Positions 56,221 through 64,000 of a stretch of DNA of 64,000 nucleotides are shown here, in pieces (positions within the stretch are counted from its first letter, which is position 1; each line of letters starts with the position of its first letter). Origin of the DNA: an uncultured Candidatus Saccharibacteria bacterium. Its GTDB lineage: Bacteria; Patescibacteriota; Dojkabacteria; B142; OLB20. The stretch is taken from NCBI GenBank assembly GCA_964562165.1, contig CAZLRZ010000001.1, forward strand, positions 1,349-65,348, read 5' to 3'. Below the pieces are notes generated by a model. It had not been told where the DNA came from, searched no databases, and saw only the letters and a program-made list of their open reading frames with translations. The translations under genes and the position numbers were made by a program.

Positions 56221-58332
56221 TTATATCCCTAAAAAACTTTTAATGCCTATACCATTTTTTTCTTTGAATGCCCCATCAACCTTTTGAATGGCGTCCGTCC
56301 CTAAAAATGCTAATAATTCATTCAGTTTTTTATTTTTCACAACAGGATCTTCAATTGATTTTAAGGCTTCAATTTCAGGCTCTATTTGGAAATACTTAAT
56401 TTTACTAAGGGCATCTAATTGCCAGAAAAGTAAAAAGCCTCTATCTGGAAAATCGATATTGATAATTTTATAACAGTATTTAATTACTGCCTTTTCAAGT
56501 TCTTTCATCACGCTCATTACATAAGCCTTTTCTTCTTCAAGTTTTGTATTTTCGTTAGCCGATAAGCCAATTTCAAAATAGAATTTGGTCTTTGGTTCTG
56601 TTCCTGATGGCCTTACAACAACATGCATGTATTTGATTTGCTCCGTTGTTTTGAATTTTATCTTTAAGACATTTCTAGAGACTTTGTCCGTCTCGGATTT
56701 AAAAGGCTCACCTTGCCAATAATCTTTAATCTTTTCGATTTCAAAATCTCCAAAGGCTGTTGGAGGATTAGTCCTCAACCCTTGTTGAATCTGATTCATT
56801 TTATTCATTCCTTCAGCTCCCGGTAAACGAATTTCAGTTAAATAGTTTTGGTAATATCCATATTCTTCATATAAAGAATCTAAGTATTGACCTAATGTTT
56901 TACCTTGTCGTTTTAATAATGAGGCAAGTTCCGAAACTAAGATGGCAGGAACGCAAGTATCTTTATCGCGGATGTATCCTCCAATAACACTACCATGACT
57001 TTCTTCTCCGGCAATTAATAGATTCTCCAGTTCTCCTTTCTTTTCCATCTCATTCATTATTTGGCCAATATATTTAAAACCAACAAATAAATCACTTTCG
57101 ATTTTGACTCCAAATTTTTCGGCTAAAACCTCAAGGAGATTAGTAGTGACTAAAGTTTTTAAAATAAGTTTCTCGCTATTTAATTTATTCTGTCTTTTTA
57201 ATTCTTCAAGTAAATAAATTGTTTCGAAAATCATAATTTCGTTACCGGTAAAGAATCGCCAAGAGTCGTTTTCTTTGGACATTAAGCCAATTCTATCCGC
57301 GTCCGGGTCTGCTACTATTATTATGTCTGAATTAATTGCACTTGCTTCAGGCAATAAATTTGTATATGCTTCGGTAACTTCGGGATTAGGAATGTTAAAT
57401 ATGATGCCCGGGAAACTCGGATCAGGCTCCGAGGTCTTTTTATCCATTGTTATATCAAAGTTTAATGACTTTAAAACAGGATAAACGGATGTTGATGCCG
57501 TTCCATGAAATGGAGAGAAAAATATTTTAATATCTCTATAATCTGCAAGTGAACTTTTAGCTGCTGATTCGATATATGCATTATGGTCTTGCTCTGTCAA
57601 AAATTCAAAAAGACCTTGATTTTTTGCTTGATCTAAATCAATAGTATTAATTATTTCAACTTCTTTGGTAACAATATCCACTAATTCCTCATCAAATGGA
57701 GGGATAAGCTGACCGCCATTTTCATCGACTACCTTCTTGCCATTATACTCGGGGGGATTGTGCGAAGCACTTATCATATCTCCACCCACGCAATGTTTTC
57801 TTCGCACTTGGAAAGAAAGCTCAGGTGTTGAAGAAAAGCTGTTAAACATAAAGACTTTAATCCCGTTACCTGCATAAACCATTGCGGCTTTTTCGGCTAA
57901 ATCTCTGCAACTTAAATCTTTTAATGGATTAAGCCTTGAGTCATCAAAAACACCTTTTTTCACATACTGTCTAACATCATACGAAATAACTATTCCCCTA
58001 GTTTTAGCTTCGTCTCCGAATTTTGTTAATAAATATTGCGAATGACCCTGAGCAGAAAGTTGAATTGTAATTGTATTGATTCTGTTTGGGCCAATTCCAA
58101 CCAATCCTCTACGTCCACCTGTTCCAAATGGAATGACTTGATAAAACGAATCTAGTAAAAGATCCCATTTTTTTGATTCTACTAAGTATTCAATTTGAGG
58201 GATATATTCTTTGTACATCGGGTCATTAAGCCAGATTTCGATGTTTTTAATTGCTTCTTCTTTGTATTTTTCGTCAATGGATATTTCGCTAAAGCCCTTT
58301 TGAATCTGTATTAGTAAATCAGAATTTCCCAT
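56221..58332 (-). CDS. Phosphomannomutase/phosphoglucomutase (alpha-D-phosphohexomutase, PGM2-like)
   Basis: Active-site SASHNPPEYNG. FGTGGRRG phosphate-binding motif. The start is taken at the internal MGNSDLL; the longest ORF runs to 58374 and would overlap apbE by 56 nt. Confidence 0.75.
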   Translation of the reverse strand: MGNSDLLIQIQKGFSEISIDEKYKEEAIKNIEIWLNDPMYKEYIPQIEYLVESKKWDLLLDSFYQVIPFGTGGRRGLVGIGPNRINTITIQLSAQGHSQYLLTKFGDEAKTRGIVISYDVRQYVKKGVFDDSRLNPLKDLSCRDLAEKAAMVYAGNGIKVFMFNSFSSTPELSFQVRRKHCVGGDMISASHNPPEYNGKKVVDENGGQLIPPFDEELVDIVTKEVEIINTIDLDQAKNQGLFEFLTEQDHNAYIESAAKSSLADYRDIKIFFSPFHGTASTSVYPVLKSLNFDITMDKKTSEPDPSFPGIIFNIPNPEVTEAYTNLLPEASAINSDIIIVADPDADRIGLMSKENDSWRFFTGNEIMIFETIYLLEELKRQNKLNSEKLILKTLVTTNLLEVLAEKFGVKIESDLFVGFKYIGQIMNEMEKKGELENLLIAGEESHGSVIGGYIRDKDTCVPAILVSELASLLKRQGKTLGQYLDSLYEEYGYYQNYLTEIRLPGAEGMNKMNQIQQGLRTNPPTAFGDFEIEKIKDYWQGEPFKSETDKVSRNVLKIKFKTTEQIKYMHVVVRPSGTEPKTKFYFEIGLSANENTKLEEEKAYVMSVMKELEKAVIKYCYKIINIDFPDRGFLLFWQLDALSKIKYFQIEPEIEALKSIEDPVVKNKKLNELLAFLGTDAIQKVDGAFKEKNGIGIKSFLGI

Positions 58333-59272
58333 AGTTAAAATTATTAGATTTAAAAATATTACCTTGAAAATCAACTAAAAAGCCTTTATAGCCTTTTCTA
58401 TTAATTATTGATAAGCCGTTTTTACCCAACAGAAACAAAACAGTTGCCCACAGGTCGCTTTCAGTTGCGGTTGGGGCAATTACGAACGATTGTGATGTTT
58501 CATTTACCGGGAATCCTGTTTTTGGACTCAGTAAATGATGAAATATTCCGACCTTTCTTGCCCAACCCCCAGACCCTGATATGCTTTCATTTTCAAGAAC
58601 GACTTTCCCCCATGAATCAACTTTATCTTCTAAGTTTAAACCGGAATTTGGCAAATCCGCTTTATATAGACCAATAGTCCAAGGCAGGCCTTCTGAATTC
58701 ACTCCGTATGACCTTATATCTCCCCCTGCATTTATTAATATACCATCAAATTTAAATTTTCGCAGAAAATTAAAAGCGAGATCAACAGCATATCCTTTAC
58801 CAATACTACCTAAATCGATTTTCTGATTCTTCTTTAATAATATTTGATTTGTATCAGGATTGATGACTATTTCATTTGGAGAAGGCCTGCCTTTGCACAT
58901 CTTAATAACCTCCTCCGAAAGCTTATTATTTGATAATCCTTTAAACGAACCCTCCGAATCATATCCGTACAATTCAAGTAAATCGATAATTGTTGGATCG
59001 TAAATCCCATCGGTTTCTTTGGATACCTTTAATACTTTGGAAATCAAATCGAACAATTCTTTAGAAACAACTCCGTCTTTTAACTTCCCGTTATTTAACA
59101 GTGAAAGCTCGCTATCTTTTTTGAATCTGGAGAATTTATTAACAACGTCCTTAAAGAAATCATAAGATTTGTAGAGTTTTTCTTTCGTGAAAATAGTGCC
59201 TCGAGTTGAAACTATTTGAATACGGATAATTGTATTCATAAAGACTTCCTCAGCGCTGTAAATCATGGCCAT
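58319..59272 (-). CDS. apbE: FAD:protein FMN transferase ApbE
   Basis: …LGSIGKGYAVD… and …ILINAGGDIRSYG…, ApbE signatures. 317 aa with no signal peptide. Confidence 0.75.
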   Translation of the reverse strand: MAMIYSAEEVFMNTIIRIQIVSTRGTIFTKEKLYKSYDFFKDVVNKFSRFKKDSELSLLNNGKLKDGVVSKELFDLISKVLKVSKETDGIYDPTIIDLLELYGYDSEGSFKGLSNNKLSEEVIKMCKGRPSPNEIVINPDTNQILLKKNQKIDLGSIGKGYAVDLAFNFLRKFKFDGILINAGGDIRSYGVNSEGLPWTIGLYKADLPNSGLNLEDKVDSWGKVVLENESISGSGGWARKVGIFHHLLSPKTGFPVNETSQSFVIAPTATESDLWATVLFLLGKNGLSIINRKGYKGFLVDFQGNIFKSNNFNYGKF

Positions 59273-59990
59273 CCTTTTTCTTGTACAAATAGAATCCGGT
59301 TATTATCAAAAATAGGCCGCCTACTACAGCGGAAATACTTCCTGGAGTGTCAAATAGTGCTGTATCCGGAGTTCTGCCAAAAGTTGGTTTAACCATGTCG
59401 GTATAATTTACAGTTGTTGGACTTGCCGTAATGGTTCCCTCTCCAACAATCAAATTCACTCCTTGAGTTGCCACAAGCACATTGGTTTGATCGGCTTTCT
59501 TTAGACTTGATTCTTGTTTAACTATCGAAAATTCCCCAATACCATCTTTTATAGCCCTGACTTTGATTTTTGCAACAACCATATTGGTCAGGGTAGCCGC
59601 TCCAGTTTGAGAACTTGCCTCAACCCTGATCAGCCCATTTGCCTTATCAACACTATTAACCGAACTAACAAAAAATGTATTCAAATAGTTTATTTGGATA
59701 TTTTGCACAGTTGTATTAGAATCAACAACTTCAAAAACATTGGTGTCATACGCAATAGTAAATTTTAAGGATTTTATTTCTTCACTATTACTAAAAACAC
59801 TAACACTAACATCGGTTTCACTGCCTTTATCCAAACTCACAACATCGGCTTTTAATGAAATACTCCCCCCTGTAACAGGCGCAGTAATAGTAGGAACCCC
59901 GGTAATTGTACCAGCAGGAGGGACAAACGGAATAGTTGGCGATGTAATATCATCAACACCCAACGCTTTTGCTATAGCAAATAAATTCAT
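59250..59990 (-). CDS. C-terminally TM-anchored surface protein with a beta-rich domain carrying an FMN_bind-like TGAATLT motif
   Basis: …IRVEASSQTGAATLTNMV… resembles the flavinylation motif D.xSGAT(I/L)T(S) but with one extra Ala. C-terminal TM VVGGLFLIITGFYLYKKK. Immediately upstream of apbE, with a 23-nt overlap. Confidence 0.35.
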   Translation of the reverse strand: MNLFAIAKALGVDDITSPTIPFVPPAGTITGVPTITAPVTGGSISLKADVVSLDKGSETDVSVSVFSNSEEIKSLKFTIAYDTNVFEVVDSNTTVQNIQINYLNTFFVSSVNSVDKANGLIRVEASSQTGAATLTNMVVAKIKVRAIKDGIGEFSIVKQESSLKKADQTNVLVATQGVNLIVGEGTITASPTTVNYTDMVKPTFGRTPDTALFDTPGSISAVVGGLFLIITGFYLYKKKDGHDLQR

Positions 59991-60073
59991 AGATAAATTG
60001 TGACACGATGGATTTTTTTTGTAAAGTATAATTGAGGATTTAGAATCGGTATATAATTATGATATAATTTAGT

Positions 60074-60598
60074 ATGAGATTGTATGCCAACCCAAAAACA
60101 GATAAATATCCAACTATTCGACATATAGACATTATGACTGGGGATAAGCTAGTCGGCACCTTTGATGCAAAAACATCAAACGACGGCGCACGGCTTTTTT
60201 ATCCACCTGAAATTTTAAGTCTTTTTCAGAATGAGTTTGCTTGGTGTTCAGATCTTAAAGTCACGGAACCTTTCTTAAGACAGGGATATGGCACACCAAC
60301 ATGGGCGCTAGGAGTTGTTGGAGTTTTAATGTCTAACCCCAGAACATACAATTTCTATACGGTTGATAAAGCCCGAAATCCAAAGGAGCCTGAAGGAAAT
60401 TATACAAATTGGACAACAAATCATATTGAACCTATGTTTGAACTGCTTAGAAAGAAGTTTGGAGTAGAGGCTAACATATTATGGGCCACTACATACGCTC
60501 ATAGGAATCATTTTTTTTGGCAAGCTTTGGGGGATCCTCAAGAAAGGACTTTTTTAAGAAAAAATTTTGAGAATGGCCATTTTTATTTAGATATTTAG
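60074..60598 (+). CDS. Hypothetical protein (174 aa)
   Basis: Long ORF with typical codon usage. No motif recognised. Confidence 0.4.
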   Translation: MRLYANPKTDKYPTIRHIDIMTGDKLVGTFDAKTSNDGARLFYPPEILSLFQNEFAWCSDLKVTEPFLRQGYGTPTWALGVVGVLMSNPRTYNFYTVDKARNPKEPEGNYTNWTTNHIEPMFELLRKKFGVEANILWATTYAHRNHFFWQALGDPQERTFLRKNFENGHFYLDI

Positions 60599-60657
60599 TA
60601 ATAATTTATACATTGATGTTTAATGTTGTATAATCAGCTATATCAATTCAGCAAATC

Positions 60658-61191
60658 ATGAATAAAAACACATTGATTTTTGCTATTGGACTTATCCCCC
60701 TAATTCTCTTAATAGCTCTTGTGGTAATTGTTCTTAATAGGAACAACTTAAATAATAGTGATGTTGAACAAATATTAATTTCTCCATCGGCTACTATTCA
60801 AAATACTCAAACTGCTATTATCGAAGAAACTCCACAAGAGGTGCTTGAAAAGTTTTTCCGATACATTAACGAAGACAAAATAAATTTAGCTCTTGATATT
60901 CTTAGTGAAAAACTAGTCGGGAACGATCCTCCACAGCTGAATTCGACTTTACAAGCTTATGGCGTCACTTTTAACCACTGGGAAAGTGTTGAATTGACTA
61001 AAGTTGATCTTATCGAAGACCTTTCAAATTCTAATACCGCTATTTTTTTAGTTGATTTTGATTTGAAGTTTAAGCCCAATGTTAGCGAACCTGTATATAA
61101 TGAAGGTCAAAACACTAGATTTATCACTCTTGAAAAAACAGAAGAATTGAATAGTATTTGGGAAATCACTTCAATTGCGACTTCTTTTTAG
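60658..61191 (+). CDS. Membrane-anchored hypothetical protein (N-terminal TM, 177 aa)
   Basis: IFAIGLIPLILLIALVVIVL TM. A possible TTTATA-18-TATAAT promoter is at 60607-60634. Confidence 0.4.
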   Translation: MNKNTLIFAIGLIPLILLIALVVIVLNRNNLNNSDVEQILISPSATIQNTQTAIIEETPQEVLEKFFRYINEDKINLALDILSEKLVGNDPPQLNSTLQAYGVTFNHWESVELTKVDLIEDLSNSNTAIFLVDFDLKFKPNVSEPVYNEGQNTRFITLEKTEELNSIWEITSIATSF

Positions 61192-62546
61192 AATCCGACC
61201 GGGAACTTTAAGCATAATTCCTCAACTTCTTTTTTGGTGGAAATTATCACGGGAGAACTTTTTACTTGTTCCTGAAAAGCCTCAAAATCCATTCCCGCCC
61301 ATTGTTTAACTTCTTCGACAACATTGTTGATCCATTTTGCAATTAAAAGCATCTCAGCCTTTCCTAACCCCCTAGTTGTTATTGATGGAGTACCTAGTCG
61401 AATAGCAGATGGATCGGCTGGGGAACGTTTTTCACCCGGCATTGTATTCATATTACAAACTAAGCCCGCAAAATTTAAAGCTCTAGCTGTGTATTTGCCA
61501 AAAATCCCCTTTTTTGTCATGTCTATTAAGATTAAATGCTTGTCAGTTCCGCCTGTTAACAAATCAAAGCCATAGCTACTTAAGGCCTCGGCTAATGCTT
61601 TTGCATTATCTATTACGGCTTTTGCATAAAGTTTAAAATCATCCTGTAAAGCTTCACCTAGGCCAACGCAAATTCCGGCGATATTATTGTTGAAGGGGCC
61701 ACCTTGAAGCCCTGGCAATACTCCTTTGTTAATTTTTTTAATTAAATCGCTTCGACCTAAGATTATTGCTCCTCGACCTGATCGCAAAGTTTTATGAGTT
61801 GTCATAGTGACAATATCAGCAATCCCAACGGGTGAATTCAAAACAGAAGCGGCAATTAATCCGGCTTCATGGGCAATATCGGCCATATATAGAGCGCCAA
61901 CAGAATCTGCAATGGCTTTCATTTTTTTATAATCAATATCTCTAGGATATGCAGTCCCACCGGTAATTATTAAATTAGGCTTGTACTTATTTGCCAATTC
62001 CTGAATTTGATCATAATCAAAAAGATGGGTTTTCGGGTCGGTTTTATACTGAACAATGTTATACAATCTTGAAGAAATGTTTACTTTTTTTGTACCACCT
62101 AGGTAAACTTCGCTTGAAGTTTCACCCTTGTCTTTAGCGGGAGAATATGACCAGCCATGTGACAAGTGGCCACCATCGGGCAAGTACATCGATAGGATCG
62201 TTGATCCAGGAGGCAACACTCCTAAATATACAGCAATATTAGCATTACTTCCGGCTAATGCCTGAACGTTTACTGACCAATCGGCTGGTAAATTAAAAAG
62301 CTTTTTTGCTCTTTCCATAGCTAAGGATTCTAGCGCATCAACATATTCATTACCTTCGTAATATCTAGCTCCCACATTGCCTTCTGAATATTTTTGCATA
62401 AATATTGACCCAACGGCTTCTCTGACTGCCGGACTAAATATGTTTTCGGATGGAATTAAAGACAAGTTTGTACGCTGTCTATTGGCTTCTTTGTCAATTA
62501 AATCGGCTACTTCATGGTCTTGTTCGGAAAGTTTTTTTGTATTCAT
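61188..62546 (-). CDS. glyA: Serine hydroxymethyltransferase
   Basis: PLP-Lys motif TTHKTLRSGRG. 452 aa. Confidence 0.9.
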   Translation of the reverse strand: MNTKKLSEQDHEVADLIDKEANRQRTNLSLIPSENIFSPAVREAVGSIFMQKYSEGNVGARYYEGNEYVDALESLAMERAKKLFNLPADWSVNVQALAGSNANIAVYLGVLPPGSTILSMYLPDGGHLSHGWSYSPAKDKGETSSEVYLGGTKKVNISSRLYNIVQYKTDPKTHLFDYDQIQELANKYKPNLIITGGTAYPRDIDYKKMKAIADSVGALYMADIAHEAGLIAASVLNSPVGIADIVTMTTHKTLRSGRGAIILGRSDLIKKINKGVLPGLQGGPFNNNIAGICVGLGEALQDDFKLYAKAVIDNAKALAEALSSYGFDLLTGGTDKHLILIDMTKKGIFGKYTARALNFAGLVCNMNTMPGEKRSPADPSAIRLGTPSITTRGLGKAEMLLIAKWINNVVEEVKQWAGMDFEAFQEQVKSSPVIISTKKEVEELCLKFPVGF

Positions 62547-62615
62547 TGTAAATTTTGTAAACTATAGATTATGATATGATATGATTCTTTACGAAGCAAA
62601 TTTTAATCTTAAATA

Positions 62616-63947
62616 ATGATGCAGAATTCAAAATCTCTATCCATAGGTATAATTGGTGGCGGAATTTTAGGTCTAACATTAGCTCACAAATTATCTAAGA
62701 ACGGCTTTGACGTCACCATTATTGAAAAGTCACCTGAAGTTGGCGGCCTTGCCTCTGGATTAAAAATTGAAAATCAACATATAGAAAAATTTTACCACCA
62801 CTTTTTTAAAAGCGACATAGATTTACAAAATTTACTTGAGGAATTAGGACTAAAAGACACTATTGAGTGGATCCCCAGCAAAATGGGCTTATTTGATGGA
62901 GTAAAACTTCTATCTTTTTCATCAGCATTAGATATCTTAACTTTCCCTAAACTAAACATATTTAATAGATTTAGACTCGGATTTGTCAGCTTTTATCTAC
63001 AAAAGACCAATAACATCAAGCAATTTGAGAAATGGACCGCTTATGATTGGTGCAATAAGTATTTTGGCAAAACTGTAACAGATGTAATGTGGAAGCCTTT
63101 ATTAGAATCCAAATTTGAAGGCGAATACAAAAACATTGCTATGACTTGGTTCTGGACTAGAATCCACGATAGATCAAGCTCAAGGGACTTCCCAACCAAA
63201 GATGAAAAGCTCGGATATATCGAAGGAAGCTTCCACACTTTAATTTCAGCACTTGAGAAATCCATATTAGAAAATGGCGGGAATATATTTAAAAACTCAA
63301 CAATAACAGGTTATTCAAGGATTAAAGATCAACATAAGATTGGATTTACAGACGGAATCAATAAGAAAATCGAAAAGAAGTTTGATATTGTAGTTTCGAC
63401 AATACCACCAAAGTTTTTTATTCAGCTTTTTAATCCACCCAAAAAATTTGCCGAGAAATTAAAGAAAATTAAATTTATTGGTGCATATTGTTTCATCCTT
63501 ACATTAAAGACAGGGCTTAGTAAGTATTACTGGACAAGCGTTAACGACACTTCAGCTCCATTTGTGGCTTTAGTTGAACATACAAATTTAATTTCCAAAT
63601 CAAAATTTAATGGCAAATCGATAGTTTATCTTGGTAAATATACGAATGTTAATTCCGAATTATTTAAAGCTACTAAAGAAGAATTATTAGAAAAATGTAT
63701 AAATTATTTGAAAAAGATTAAACCCGATTTCGATTATCAGACTATCGAATCCGTGGAATTCTTCAAAGCTCCTGAAGCTCAGCATATTGCAACAACCGAC
63801 TTCGAAATACTATCATATAAATCAGGGCAAAAAGGACTACTTTTTGCTCATTTCGCTCAGATCTTCCCCCACGATCGAGGCACAAATTATGCAATTGCCC
63901 AAGCAAATGAAATATTTAATTTAATAGATTCTAATAAATGGAAATAA
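62616..63947 (+). CDS. FAD-dependent oxidoreductase (amine-oxidase / protoporphyrinogen-oxidase-like fold)
   Basis: N-terminal GIIGGGILGLTLAHKL…VTIIEKSPEVGGLA dinucleotide-binding motif. 443 aa. Confidence 0.55.
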   Translation: MMQNSKSLSIGIIGGGILGLTLAHKLSKNGFDVTIIEKSPEVGGLASGLKIENQHIEKFYHHFFKSDIDLQNLLEELGLKDTIEWIPSKMGLFDGVKLLSFSSALDILTFPKLNIFNRFRLGFVSFYLQKTNNIKQFEKWTAYDWCNKYFGKTVTDVMWKPLLESKFEGEYKNIAMTWFWTRIHDRSSSRDFPTKDEKLGYIEGSFHTLISALEKSILENGGNIFKNSTITGYSRIKDQHKIGFTDGINKKIEKKFDIVVSTIPPKFFIQLFNPPKKFAEKLKKIKFIGAYCFILTLKTGLSKYYWTSVNDTSAPFVALVEHTNLISKSKFNGKSIVYLGKYTNVNSELFKATKEELLEKCINYLKKIKPDFDYQTIESVEFFKAPEAQHIATTDFEILSYKSGQKGLLFAHFAQIFPHDRGTNYAIAQANEIFNLIDSNKWK

Positions 63948-64000
63948 AATATACGATTATCTGGTATTTGATTTTCTTGTGTTTTAACGTTATTGGGCTT

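Noticed and set aside
56221-58374. Full-length 717-aa PMM/PGM ORF overlapping apbE by 56 nt
   Set aside because: The internal Met at 58332 (MGNSDLL) is preferred because it reduces the overlap to 14 nt. The longer form is not excluded.
1-64000. CRISPR arrays, IS elements, integrases, rRNA and tRNA genes
   Set aside because: No direct-repeat/spacer periodicity, transposase or integrase motifs, or rRNA/tRNA signatures were found. All intergenic spaces except 4172..4499 and 13112..13403 are under 140 nt.

Overview
This 64 kb window is compact and AT-rich, with about 95% coding and many 1 to 20 nt gene overlaps; apart from an RNase P RNA, no tRNA/rRNA genes, CRISPR arrays, transposases or integrases are recognisable. 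Its backbone is an 18.5 kb ribosomal super-operon on the minus strand at 28815..47319: fusA, tuf, S10, L3, L4, L23, L2, S19, L22, S3, L16, L29, S17, L14, L24, L5, S14(Zn), S8, L6, L18, S5, L15, secY, infA, L36, S13, S11, S4, rpoA, L17, L13, S9. L30, adk and map are absent, and several r-proteins carry low-complexity extensions. These traits, together with a reduced ~314 nt RNase P RNA (4172..4485, minus), point to a small-genome Patescibacteria/CPR-like bacterium using the standard genetic code. Other recognisable content includes an archaeal-type AspRS core carrying a C-terminal YbaK-like domain, sufCB plus a mini-sufD and sufS, and an Elp3-like radical-SAM/GNAT enzyme. There is also a non-oxidative pentose-phosphate trio (rpiB, a degenerate rpe-like gene, tal), manC, a PMM/PGM, ApbE, glyA, a MacAB-like efflux trio, separately encoded divergent SecD/SecF, and a LemA/DUF2207 pair. 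The most unusual locus is a 7-gene minus-strand operon at 4500..13111, chained by four TAATG stop/start overlaps. It encodes a VirB4-like type-IV-secretion ATPase split into an N-domain ORF and an ATPase ORF, surrounded by membrane and surface proteins (a PEGA-domain protein, a 1054-aa protein with a degenerate epimerase-like cytoplasmic domain, and a protein with a CarboxypepD_reg-like domain) and, oddly, GreA. This may be an undescribed envelope-spanning VirB4-driven apparatus. All product calls rest on motifs read by eye and need HMM/BLAST confirmation.
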